DNA of 64,000 nt from Octopus sinensis (Eukaryota). The translations under genes were made by a program, and so were the position numbers. The notes under the pieces were generated by a model. The model made no database searches. It was not told where the DNA came from and worked only from the letters and a program-made list of their open reading frames with translations. Location: the NCBI RefSeq assembly GCF_006345805.1, contig NC_043004.1, positions 62,001-126,000 on the forward strand, given 5' to 3'. This document shows, piece by piece, positions 36,084 to 48,544 of this stretch (position 1 is its first letter; every line of letters begins with the position of its first letter).

Positions 36084-36455
36084 TGCTAACCAACCACATG
36101 GTTCTGGGTTCAGTTCCACTGCTTGGCACCTTGGGCAAGTGTCTTCTGCTATAGCCTCGGGCCGACCAAAGCCTTGTGAGTGGATTTGGTAGACGGAAAC
36201 TGAAAGAAGCCCTTCATATGTATGTATATATATATATGTGTGTGTGTCTGTGTTTGTCCCCCTAGCATTGCTTGACAACCGATGCTGGTGTGTTTATGTC
36301 CCCGTTACTTAGCGGTTCGGCAAAAGAGACCGATAGAATAAGTACTGGGCTTACAAAGAATAAGTCCCGGGGTCGATTTGCTCGACTAAAGGCGGTGCTC
36401 CAGCATGGCCGCAGTCAAATGACTGAAACAAGTAAAAGAGTAAAAGGGTAAAGAG
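36084..36455 (+). mobile_element. SINE family A
   Basis: Near-consensus copy. Confidence 0.9.
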
Positions 36456-36680
36456 TGCTTCTTTCAGTTTCCGTCTACCAAACAAAGTTCATAGAGTGTA
36501 CCATGGAATATGCATCAATCTAACAAGGCTACAAGCAATTGTATTTCTTAGACCATATTCATTGAATTTATTCTTCCGAAGTGTTTGCAGAAGGTTACGA
36601 ACCTCACAATTCCCTTTTAGTTCTATATAGGTTGTCTGAGTAAATTTCAGCACAAGCCGCCAAAACGAGGGCATTTACTA

Positions 36681-36717
<37 letters not shown>

Positions 36718-36845
36718 ATACGTGTGCGTGCGCATGTGTGTGTAGTATGTGAAACACGCGCGTACACACACATATGTACGCACGCATACACACACGTGCG
36801 CACGCACAGATAAAACGTTTACAATGAAATATGTTGTAATCTGTC

Positions 36846-36882
<37 letters not shown>

Positions 36883-37450
36883 ATATTCTGTTTTGCTACA
36901 CCCCTTCTACCAACTTCCCCTGGCCAAAGCTCATGGATTTCTTTTTATAGTACTTCCGCTCTGTTCTAGTTGGGCGTGCAGTGAAAGCTTTACGAGAAAA
37001 ACCAACCGCTCTCCCCAACTTGTACCCACAAAGTTAAATGTGTTGGTTTTCTAACTAACTGTCATGTAACGCTAGCCTTGATCTAAGCAAACACTCATTT
37101 AAAGTTTCCATTTGTACAGGTGTACTTACAACTAACTCAGTTGTCGGCACACGTCTTGCTGTCATTAACGCTGCACGTTGCTCTCCTTGCTGACATCTAA
37201 TACACAGCAATTACAGCATTGGCGACGCTAGATGTTGTTGGCGTTGTTGTTGGCGTTGTTGTGGTTGTTTCGTTGTTATGGTTATTACCGTTGTCCGTTT
37301 TTCTTTTTATGTATACGGACCACCATCGCTTAGAGCAGATACTTAAGAAGGAGACAAAGAGGGAGCCTCTACATGGAAACAATAGTCAAATCTTCCTCAA
37401 ATCGCTTTGCCTTACCATATTAAAAAAAGGCATATAAGATAACATAGTCC

Positions 37451-37867
37451 GAAGGCGGCGAGCTGGCAGAAACGTTAGCACGCCGGGCGAAATGAATAGC
37501 GGTATTTCGGCTGCCGTTACGTTGTGAGTTCAAATTCCGCCGAGGTCGACTTTGCCTTTCATCCTTTCGGAGTCGATAAATTAAGTACCAGTTAAGCACT
37601 GGGGTCGATATAATCGACTTAATACCTATGTCTGTCCATGTTTGTCCTTTCTGTGTTTAGCCCCTTGTGGGTAATAAAGAAATAGGTATTTCGTCTGTCG
37701 TTACGTTCTGAGTTCAAATTCCGCCGAGGTCGACTTTGCCTTTCATCCTTTCGGGGTCGATAAATTAAGTACCAGTTACGCACTGGGGTCGATGTAATCG
37801 ACTTAATCCGTTTGTCTGTCTTTGTTTGTCTCCTCTGTGTTTAGCCCCTTGTGGGTAGTAAAGAAAT
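37451..37867 (+). mobile_element. SINE family B dimer with TSD
   Basis: 19-bp TSD ATATAAGATAACATAGTCC at 37432-37450 and 37868-37886. Junction at 37684/37685. Confidence 0.92.
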
Positions 37868-38189
37868 ATATAAGATAACATAGTCCTGGGGCAGTGTCTT
37901 AGAAAAAGCTGGGATGATCACAGTCGCAAAATTTTTGGCCATAAGTCATCTGGATTAGAAGTAAATATGTTTAAAAAGAAAAATACAATAGCAATTTGAA
38001 TTGCATCATATTTCCACGAAATATTCTACATACATTGATATTAAAAGTACATTTGTGGTGTGTACGTAAGAGCTACTGTATTTGTGATATCACACACGTA
38101 TAGTTTGCTAAATATAAATAGGAAATCCTCTCTAATGATTATTTCACGTGCTGATGTGACAAATAGCATCTTCTGCTTATACCATTCAT

Positions 38190-38235
<46 letters not shown>

Positions 38236-38498
38236 ACTCCCTCTCTCCCTCTTTCGCTCTCTCTCTCACACACGAACCCTTACACATGCAGACATACATA
38301 TGTACTGTGTGTGTATGTATGTGAGTTGTATCTGTGTGTGTTCACCTCTTTAGAAATCTTTAAAAATGTCCACAGATTCCAGCTATGTATTACGATTATT
38401 CAAACACTCATTAGCAAGTTTCGTATAGCATCTCCTTTAATAAATAACGGAACAAGACAGCAAGTTGGAATGATATAACACTGCAAACAGAAGAAACA

Positions 38499-39121
38499 CG
38501 GTGAGCTGGCAGAAACGTTAGCACGCCGGGCGAAATGCTTAGCGGTATTTCGTCTGCAGTTACGTTCTGAGTTCAAATTCCGCCAAGGTCAACTTTGCCT
38601 TTCATCCTTTCGGGGTCGATTAAATAAGTACCAGTTACACACTGGGGTCGATAGAGTCGATATAATCGACTTAATCCGTTTGTCTGTCCTTGTTTGTCCT
38701 CTCTGTGATTAGCCCCTTGTGGATAGTAAAGAAATAGGTATTTCGTCTGCCGCTACGTTCTGAGTTCAAATCCCGCCGAGGTCGACTTTGCCTTTCATCC
38801 TTTCGGGGTCGATTAAATAAGTACCAGTTACGCACTGGGGTCGATAGGGTCGATATAATCGACTTAATCCGTTTGTCTGTCCTTGTTTGTCCTCTCTGTG
38901 ATTAGCCCCTTGTGGATAGTAAAGAAATAGGTATTTCGTCTGCCGCTACGTTCTGAGTTCAAATCCCGCCGAGGTCGACTTTGCCTTTCATCCTTTCGGG
39001 GTCGATTAAATAAGTACCAGTAACGCACTGGGGTCGATAGGGTCGATATAATCAACTTAATCCGTTTGTCTGTCCTTGTCTGTCCCCTCTATGTTTAGCC
39101 GCTTGTGGGCAATAAAGAAAT
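38499..39121 (+). mobile_element. SINE family B trimer
   Basis: Junctions at 38736/38737 and 38929/38930 (193-bp period). Possible 8-bp TSD AAGAAACA at 38491-38498 and 39122-39129. Confidence 0.9.
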
Positions 39122-39250
39122 AAGAAACAGCAAATTATAAAGAAGTGTTAGTGTGTCATGAAACATTCTGAATGCTTGTGAGACGCCAAATTCTGTTTCA
39201 CGTCCTCCTTCAGTCTCCCTTAAAGTCTGCTATTTCCCTCCCCACTTCTC

Positions 39251-39297
<47 letters not shown>

Positions 39298-39834
39298 CTT
39301 CTCTTTCTCGAACTGTAAAATGCAAAAGAATAGAGAGTAAGCAACACGGATGAAGAGACAGGCCCAGATAGAAATATAAAAAAAAGGGAACGATGCTAAT
39401 GAAGGTCACGATCTGAAAACTGGATAACATTCTCTTTGACATGAACAGTTTGTTGCAAAATCTTTTTTTAATGAACTTCTGATGTAATTTACAGCAGATT
39501 TAATTTCGAAAGGAATGCAGTGTGGATTTCATCTCAGATTACCTCCGTTGTCTTTAATTACCTAATAACAAATATTTATAGAGATAACAGTAGATTAAAA
39601 ATCAGAAAGAAAGCTGAGCCCTCCATGGTGTACGTTACCTCAAAACTATTCGCTCAGCCAATAATGCGTGGTTCAAAACAGTCAAAGGCCACACTTTGTC
39701 AGTGGGTGCTTTAGTATCAAGCGAACCTAGATTCTTCGCCGTAACTAAAATCACACTGAGATCAAAAAGATTACAGATCTATATTTACTACAACATTAAA
39801 TATCATTAAGACAAATGTAATATAAAATTTTATA

Positions 39835-40154
39835 GGCGTGACTGTGTGGTAAGGAGCTTGCTTCTCAACCACATGGTTCCGGGTTCAGTCCCACTGCGTG
39901 ACACTCTTGGGCAAGTGTTTTCTACTTAGAACAAGGCTTTGTGAGTCGATTTGCTTGACAGAAGCTGAAAGAAGCCCGTCGTATATATATCTTTGCGTGT
40001 GTGTGTATGTCCCTCCACCATCACTTGGCAACCGATGTTGGTGTGTTTACGTCTCCGTAACTTAGCTGTTCAGCAAAAGAGACCGATAGAATACTAGTCT
40101 TGCAAAGAATAAGTCCTGGAGTCGATTTCTTCGAATGAAATTGGTGCTCCAGCA
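39835..40154 (+). mobile_element. SINE family A, degenerate
   Basis: Head, short core and right arm. Confidence 0.8.
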
Positions 40155-40429
40155 TTTATTTAACAAAAAAAACCTTTTAAAAACAGGAACCATCCCAATA
40201 GGCAAGGCTTGTCAGGTCATTCTCCGCAGACCTCCGCCAAGCAGCTCATTTTAAAATAGATACGCGAGTAGAGAAACGAAAATAAACTTTAGAAACAGCA
40301 ACGCCACCACAGGTTACGTGGAAACGATGAACTTGTTTTCAAGGGAGATAATCAAAGAAAGTAACATTGTAATACTTCATGTAAAGTAAATATAACAAAG
40401 GAAAAATCTTTCAAGATCCAGTAAAATTC

Positions 40430-40590
40430 CAGGATCACTACCAAAATTTCATCATCTGTTCCTTGTGTCATTACCAACTTTTCCTGCAAGTTTCATCAAA
40501 TACCGTTCACAACTTTTTGAGTTATTTTGCACACAGACGGACAAACCAACGCCGATGGAAACATAGCTTCCTTCCTTGGCAGAGGTAATA
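40430..40590 (-). mobile_element. DINE-1/HINE-like (Helentron-associated) non-autonomous element end
   Basis: Minus strand ATTACCTCTGCCAAGGAAGG...TTTGTCCGTCTGTGTG...GATGAAACTT. Architecture resemblance only. Confidence 0.45.
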
Positions 40591-40595
40591 ATAAT

Positions 40596-40685
40596 GAAAA
40601 TCTTTGGATACCTAAAGTTACAGGTAGTAACCCGCTACCCACATAAATCCTACCGGGAATAAGACCGAAGATGAGCCAAACCAAA
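40596..40685 (+). mobile_element. R4/Dong-like 3' remnant a
   Basis: Reads KSLDT-stop, then a UTR sharing ACAGGTAGTAACCCGCT with remnant d (ACTGGTAGTGAACAGCT), then (AAT)n. Confidence 0.4.
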
Positions 40686-40723
40686 ATAATAATAATAATA
40701 TGATGATGATAATAAGGATAATA

Positions 40724-40780
<57 letters not shown>

Positions 40781-40782
<2 letters not shown>

Positions 40783-41993
40783 GATGTTAAAACTTGTCTC
40801 AAAACATGAAAACATGGATGTTAAAACTTGTCTCAAAACATGAAAACAAGAAAGCATCATACTCAGTAACAAAACAGGCAAAGGAATATCTAAGTGAATT
40901 CCGAATACAACCAATTTCGGAATTAGAGATAGATATACAAGAAACAAGCACAGAAAAAGCTAGGCGCATGAAAACCCGTGCCAAAACTGCGGCCTTAGAT
41001 ATTCTGAATAATAAATGGCAAGAAAAAACCTCTCTATGGCAAATACCCAAAGAGAGCGAATAATGCAGATATCGACAAAGCCCTGACCCATCAATGGCTA
41101 ATGACCTCTGGCTTAAAATCTGAAACAGAGGGGTTTATCATAGCAGCTCAAGATCAATGCCTACCAACAAGAAACTACCAGGCCAACATATTAAAGAACG
41201 GCAGTAGCCCAACATGTCGTGTATGCCGACAACAAAATGAAACCATTGACCATGTTGTCTCCAAATGCAGTCTTCTAGCGCCTACAGAGTACCTCAGTAG
41301 GCATGATAGAGCTGCACAATATATTCACTGGGTAATTTGCAAAAACCTGGATTTGCCCCATGAAAAAAAACTGGTGAGAACACCAATCCACCTCCTGTGC
41401 TTGAAAATGACCACATCTCACTCCTCTGGAACTTCACCTTCAAACTGACAGGAAGATAGATGCAAATAGGCCAGACATTATATTGAAAGACTTCAGACAA
41501 AGAACATGCCTCCTCATTGATATGACTGTCCCAATCGATATAAACGTATTTGTCAAGACCTACCAAAAACTAAGCAAGTATAAAGATCTTGAAATAGAAA
41601 TCAGCAAAATGTGGAAGCTGAAGACTAAAACAATACCTGTTGTCATAGGTGCCCTGGGAATGATAGCGAAAGGGACTGATTGCTACCTAACTCAGATACC
41701 AGGAAACCCCAAAATGGCAGAAATTCAAAAGATAGTGCTCATGGGAACTGCTCATATCCTACGCAAAATACTCTCTATGTAATCCCAAGGTTTAAAACAA
41801 ACTCTTTTGTTTATTTATTTTAATTTTTTTATTTATTTTTTTTTTTTTAATTTTTATGTATTAGACATTCACTAGTACAACACAAAAAAAACCCCAAATA
41901 TATGGCACAGAACTTCCAACCTGTTGTCTCTTGAGGTCTCTGGGTGAGACTTGGAGCCAACTTGTACAGACATAAAGCAAAAGTCAAACATAG
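40781..41993 (+). mobile_element. R4/Dong-clade RLE non-LTR retrotransposon b, 5'-truncated
   Basis: GLKSETEGFIIAAQDQ, CCHC knuckle CRVC...HVVSKC, RHD, NRPD...LIDMTVP, IVLMGTAHILRKIL-stop. Frameshifts in A-runs. (AAT)n on both sides. Confidence 0.9.
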
Positions 41994-42012
41994 AATAATA
42001 ATAATAATAATA

Positions 42013-42079
<67 letters not shown>

Positions 42080-42088
42080 GTAATAATA

Positions 42089-43947
42089 AATGGCAAACAG
42101 TGCTACAGCTCCAAACAAAAGAGGGACTTGTGAAAACCAAAGCCATCCCCATAAGAAGAGGAATATTCCAGGGAGATACGCTCTCTCCACTCCTTTTCTG
42201 CTTGGCACTGTCACCTCTATTGGATATGCTAAACAGAACTGGATGCGGATATAAATGTTACAACAAAACGATCAGCCACCTTTTATATATGGATGACCTA
42301 AAACTATATGCTACAAATGACAAACAGCTGGAAACACTACTAAAGACAGTTCATGGATTTACCAAAGAAATAGATATGAAATTTGGATTAGAGAAATGCG
42401 CCAAAGTAAACCTGAAAAGAGGAAAACTAGTTAAGAGTAGCAACATCACACTAGATAAAACCAATGAAATAAAAGAATTAGACCAAAGCCAAACTTACAA
42501 ATACTTAGGAATCCATGAACTAGATAAGACACAACACCCACAAATGAAAGAGAAAATAAAAAAAAAGAATATTATAGACGAGTTAGATCAATACTGAAAA
42601 CAGAGCTCAATGCTAAAAACAAGATAATAGGTATCAACACTTTAGCCGTCCCAGTTATAAGTTACAGCTACAATATCCTTAACTGGACACGAAATGAACT
42701 GACCAAAATAGATAAGTAAACAAGAAAAATAATGACAGGATCTAGGATGCATCACCCAAAATCTGACATAGAAAGGCTATATATATAACGTATAGATGGT
42801 GGTAGAGGCCTTATACAGCTGGAAAACTACTATAAAATAACCACCATAGGACTGCAAAAATATCTCCTTCAGAAGGAAGAAAAACTGATACAAATAGCGG
42901 CAAAACACGAGCAAAACAAAAAACTGTTCTCAGTATTTAAGGAAGCTGACAAATACAAACAAGAAATCATACCACCTAACAAATATGAAGAAGAAGAAGA
43001 AGAAGATGAAGAAACAACAAAAGCTATAAAACAAATGAAATCCAAACTAAAAATAGAACAGCAACGAACCATGATAAAACGATGGCAAGAAAAGCCCCTT
43101 CATGGCAAATACTGGACTAACCTAAATGCAAAAGAAATAGACAAAGAAAAATCCCAACAATGGTTGAGAAGCTCAGGACTCAAAGCAGAGACAGAAGGAT
43201 TTTTAATTGCAGCACAAGACCAAAGCCTCCCCACCAGAAATTACCAAAAACATGTAAAGAAAAGAAATATAACAAGTAACTGCAGAATATGTGGAGATGG
43301 ACAAGAAACAATAAATCATATTATCTCTGGCTGCCCTGTCCTGGCTAAGAAGGAATATATTCACAGACACGACAGAGCTGGGACCTATATACACTGGAAA
43401 CTATGCCAACATTATGGAATAACAACAGAAAAAAGATGGTATAGGCACACACCAGAAAAGGTCACAGAAAACGAGAAAGCAGCCATACTCTGGGATATGC
43501 CAAAACACACAGAGAGAGAAATTAAGGCCAACAGACCAGATATAGTTGTCAGAGATCATGAAGAAAAATAATGTTTTCTAATTGATGTATCAATACCAGC
43601 GGATGACAACGTGTCTCTAAAAGAAATGGAGAAACTTTCAATATACAAAGACCTGGAAATAGAGGTAACCAGAATGTGGAATCTAAAAACAGAAACAATT
43701 CCTATCATAATAGGTGCATTAGGCATGATAAAAAAATATTCAGACAAATACATAACAAAAACACCAGGACTTACAAACACATATAACATACAAAAAATTG
43801 CACTACTAGGCACTGCACACATCCTACGCAGAACACTTTCCATAGAATAACCATCAGAGCATCACAACAAATCACAGCACATAGCCAAGGCACACAGAGC
43901 TGTGCTCGGTAGTGAAGTGAAAGCACGATATAAAAAATATACTACTG
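42089..43947 (+). mobile_element. R4/Dong-clade RLE non-LTR retrotransposon c, 5'-truncated inside the RT
   Basis: RT motifs GIFQGDTLSPLLF, HLLYMDDLKLY and YKYLG. CRIC...HIISGC, RHD, NRPD...LIDVSIP, LLGTAHILRRTL. One frameshift and several stops. (AAT)n flanks. Confidence 0.93.
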
Positions 43948-44005
43948 AATAATAATGATGATGACGATGACGATGACGATGATGACGACGACGACGACGA
44001 CGACG

Positions 44006-44130
44006 CTTGGAGCCTCCCGAATACTCCGGATGGTGCTCGAAAAATAACGGGTGCTACCTTAGTTCACTGGTAGTGAACAGCTGACACCGTATTACATCTC
44101 CAGCGTTAGAAGCTGTGCAAAGACTATAAA
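44006..44130 (+). mobile_element. R4/Dong-like 3' remnant d
   Basis: 44006-44047 reads LGASRILRMVLEK-stop, homologous to the C-termini of b and c, followed by a short UTR and an AAT/GAT tract. Confidence 0.7.
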
Positions 44131-44147
44131 ATAATGATGATGATGAT

Positions 44148-44698
44148 AAATGCCCTGATGCAGTACCAGGCAGTGGCTCTCATGGCTTCTGGCCTTAACT
44201 GATTGGAAGTGTTATCATGTACATTGTTTTTGTCTTGGTATAAAAGATGGGCTACAGCAAATATTCTGCTCAATACCACAGATTTGCTTGTCAGTTGTTT
44301 GACCATAACCAGTTGAGCATGTCCCTTAGTGGCTGATATGTGCATCTCTTATCACGAGTTGAAGTAGTGGGGGAGCATTGTAGCCATGTGTTGAGAGGTA
44401 TTTTTGGGGTTTGAATAATTCACCTCTGGAAACATGGGTGGTTCGTTCAACATCTTTAAACAACCCTTATTCAGGGACCTTTTGAGCGGGATGGGCTACA
44501 CAACCAAAATAAAATTCTAACTGGGCCCCACCTGCAAACTCATGCACTGTTTATTTTGATATGAGATCGCCATGTCACGCACATATGGTTGTGATGCATG
44601 TGCCTAGTGTACCCTTATCAGACGGGTAGTCATGATGGGTGTACTGGGCTTTGTATATTTTACCCCAGTGTCTCTTTGATGGCACTGCTCTCTCACTC
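44148..44698 (+). mobile_element. Element D, second copy
   Basis: Starts AAATGCCCTGATGCAG and ends CTCTCTCACTC-AATAAC. Reverse complement of 25741-26295. Confidence 0.8.
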
Positions 44699-44699
44699 A

Positions 44700-45190
44700 A
44701 TAACAACAACAATGACAATAATAATGATGGTGCTGTTGATGGCAGCAGTAGCAGTAATAGTAGTAGTAATAGTAGCAGTAGTAGTAGTAGTAATAGTAGT
44801 AGTAGTAGCAGTGGTGGTGGTAGTGGTAATAGTAGTGGTGGTGGTGGTAGTAGTAATAGAAGTAGTAGTAGTGTTGGTGGTGGTGGTGGTAGCAGTAGTA
44901 TTAGTAGTAATGGTAGTAGTAGCAGTAGTAGTAGTGGTGGCGGTGGTGGTAGTAGTAGTGGTAGTAGTAGCAGCAGTAGCAGCTGCAAGACAATACTAAT
45001 AGCTTCATCGTTATCATTATGGTAATATACTGATGATCACGATAGTCTTGTTGAAGGTGGTGGTGGTGGTGGTAGTGACAATGACGATGTTGATGATGAT
45101 AGTGTTGATGATTATGGATTTGATGATGTTGATGATGATAACGACGACAACGACGACTACAGCGATGATGCTGATGATGCTGACGATATT
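44700..45190. repeat. Compound AGT/GGT/GAT trinucleotide microsatellite
   Basis: Source of the poly-Ser/Gly/Val/Leu ORFs in the track. Confidence 0.9.
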
Positions 45191-45339
45191 AATATTGCAG
45201 TTGACTAGATCGTTCAAGTGCGACTTTCGCCGTGAACTGACAGCAACACATGGTCCCAGACACAACCCCCCTGTCACCTCACCTTCCTCCTTTACTTCTT
45301 TTGTTTTTCTTTTTCTTTTTCCATCACTTATATTATATA

Positions 45340-45407
<68 letters not shown>

Positions 45408-45862
45408 ACGATCTTTTTTGTCATAAAGAAACAGCTGTCAGAAACAAAAGGAAAAAGCAAAACAAAACAAAACAAAGACACCAACAAAATGAAGAGAAAA
45501 ACCCAACAAAACAAACTGAAAAAAAAAACATAATAAAGCAAAACAAAATAGAGAGAAACCGTTAAAAGGGGGGATGAAAACGGCAAAAACTCAAACAAAA
45601 GGTAACCATAAGTCTAGATATAAATTGAGTGGGGAGGGGCGCAGGAAGGCGCAGCCATGATGTATTAGCCTTTTGTTTTTTCCTTTTATGTTTTTTGGTT
45701 CTATGTTTTGTTTTTGTTTGTGATGTTGTTTAAATCTTCATTTGTGTTATATACTTCGTTCATCATCATTTATAATCATCTTACGAGGGCCCACACAATT
45801 CACCCGGCGTACGGTTATTTCTTGCTGGGTTTAAAGAGAACAGACACACAACTAATGTCTTA

Positions 45863-45895
<33 letters not shown>

Positions 45896-46100
45896 ATAAA
45901 CATAGGCTTTTATATATACGAGCTTTTTGTATATATATGTACACATACATAGCTATACACATATATATATATATATGAATATATACATATATGTATATAT
46001 ATATATAAATGTATGTAAATATATGTGTGTGTATATGTATATATGTATATGTGTGTATATGTACATATATATATATACACATATATATATATGTATACAT

Positions 46101-46507
46101 ACTCTCTTTTACTTGTTTCACTCATTTGACTGTGACCATGCTGGAGCACCGCCTTTTAGACGAGCAAATCGACTCCCAGGGCTATTCTTTGTAAGCCTAG
46201 TACTTATTCTATCGGTCTCTTTTGCCGAACCGCTAAATTACAGTGACGCAAACACACCAGCATCGGTTATCAAGCGATGTTGGGGGGACAGACACATACA
46301 CACAAACACACACATACACACATATATATATATACATATATATACGACAGGCCTCTTTCAGTTTCCGTCAACCAAATCCACTCACAAGGCTTTGGTCGGC
46401 TCGAGGCCATTGTAGAAGACACTTGCCCAAGGTGCCACGCAGTTGGTCTGAAACCGGGACCATGTGGCTGGTAAGCAAGCTACATACCAGACAGCCACTA
46501 CTGCGCC
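46101..46507 (-). mobile_element. SINE family A
   Basis: Complete antisense copy. Confidence 0.88.
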
Positions 46508-46840
46508 TATATATATATATATATAAATATAAATAATAATTAAGAGCGTCAGAAGCAGAATTCATTCCAGAAGGCAATCTTTATATCCAACTTAACGTAG
46601 ATGTTTTCTTAGAAAACCGCAAACTGCACTATTTACCGTAACAGGATTTCTCATATGGACTCGTGGTGCCTAAAAGCACCGTGAGTCCATATCATTGACA
46701 GACGAGAATCATCTTCTACGGGCGCCCGTATATACGTACATGAATATATGCATAGGCCCGCTTACACATACACATGCGCTCGCGCAGACACACATGCACA
46801 TGTATGTATGTATGTATGCATACATGCATGCATGCATGTA

Positions 46841-46891
<51 letters not shown>

Positions 46892-47175
46892 GTACATGCG
46901 TGTGTATGTATGTGTGTGTGTGTATGTGTGTGTGTGTATGTGTATGTGTGTGGGGGCGTGTGTTCAAACATGCTTGAGGCATATTGAAACTCGTAAGAAA
47001 GCCGTCCACTATATTTTTTTCATAGACAAATAGATGTAAACACACGAAGTCGATTCGAAAAGCCCTCTAATAAGACTGATGAATGGATGCATTTCGGAGT
47101 GGTGACCTCCTCTGAAGTATCGGATACCAGAAAGGGAACGCTACGAACTGACAAAGAGGTAGATATATCCATATA

Positions 47176-47206
<31 letters not shown>

Positions 47207-47245
47207 GTATATGTATATATATCTATCTATCTATCTATATATATA

Positions 47246-47299
<54 letters not shown>

Positions 47300-48146
47300 T
47301 ATATATATATAAAATAAGTGTAGGTGGTATACGAGTGGGTATATATTTATAAAAAAGAAGTTTGAAAACGCCACTATATAAGATAAATTTTGATTTTCTT
47401 AGAAATTTTACGTTTCGGTTCTTCTTGAAAAAACGAACCTTATCAAAAATATTTTTAAAAGTTAAGTGTAATAAAAAAGTTCATAATTGTTTCTTACTAG
47501 TCTCAACAGAGTCCACGTGGTGGTATTTTGTGGGGGAGAGCATAATAGCTGTCTTGTGTGTTGACTAAAGTTGGGAAAATGATCAGATATAGATATAGAT
47601 GTAGATATATATAAAGCACGATTTATTCGTGATCAGAGGCGTTCGTAAACCGTGGTACTACTGTACTTTGATTTTTGTCTCTAACGAATCCGTCAGCTCG
47701 CTGCCTAAAATTGCCAATATTGAGAAAACAAGCATAAAACTGGAAGCGGGGGTGAGGGTCGGGGTTTTGAGTAGTTGTTGTTTCCAATGTTTATGATAAT
47801 GCTGCTGTCATACCAGGTCAACTGTCAGATGTTCAACAAAGAAGAACTCAACAAAAATCGCAACCTCGTATTTACAAAGTGTCACAACATAGTTTGAACT
47901 GTACATGTCTTCGTGCTGCAAGTCAGGAAACAAAATTAGGATCCTTTTGGTATGATCTGAAGCATTTTTAGAACTTCTCTGCTCATTCAACAACGCTATT
48001 GCACAAGTTGCTGCTGGAGCTTAAGAATTCTGTCAAGAGTAAATCACAGAGAAGGGACTGCAAAAACTGTACAAGAAAGAATGGTTAAGCAAGAATGGCA
48101 TCAATGCTGAGATGAAACCTGGTGCGCATAATATTTTATAGCGTAT

Positions 48147-48544
48147 AAAGCAGCGAGCTGGCAGAATCGTTACCGTGCAGGGCAAAATGCTAAGCGGTAT
48201 TTCGTCTGCCGTTACGTTTTAAGTTCAAATTCCGCCGAGGTCGACTTTGTCTTTCATCCTTTCGGGGTCGATTAGATAAGTACCTGTTACGCACTGGGGT
48301 CGATATAATCGACTTAATCCGTTTGTCTGTCCTTGTTTGTCCTCTCTGTGTTTAGCCCCTTGTGGGTAATAAAGAAATAGGTATTTCGTCTACCGCTACG
48401 TTCTAAATTCAGATTCCGCCGAGGTCGATTTTGCCTTTCAATCTTTCGGGGTCGATGAAATAAATACCAGTTGAATACTGGGGTCAATGTGATCATCTTA
48501 CTACCTTTACCGAAATTTCAGGCTTTGTATCAAAATTTGAAATT
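48147..48544 (+). mobile_element. SINE family B heterodimer with TSD
   Basis: 17-bp TSD (2 mismatches) AATATTTTA(T/A)AGCG(T/C)AT at 48130-48146 and 48545-48561. Junction at 48379/48380. Confidence 0.85.

Noticed and set aside
44575-45598. Ser/Gly-rich and Leu/Pro-rich ORFs
   Set aside because: Compound trinucleotide microsatellite.
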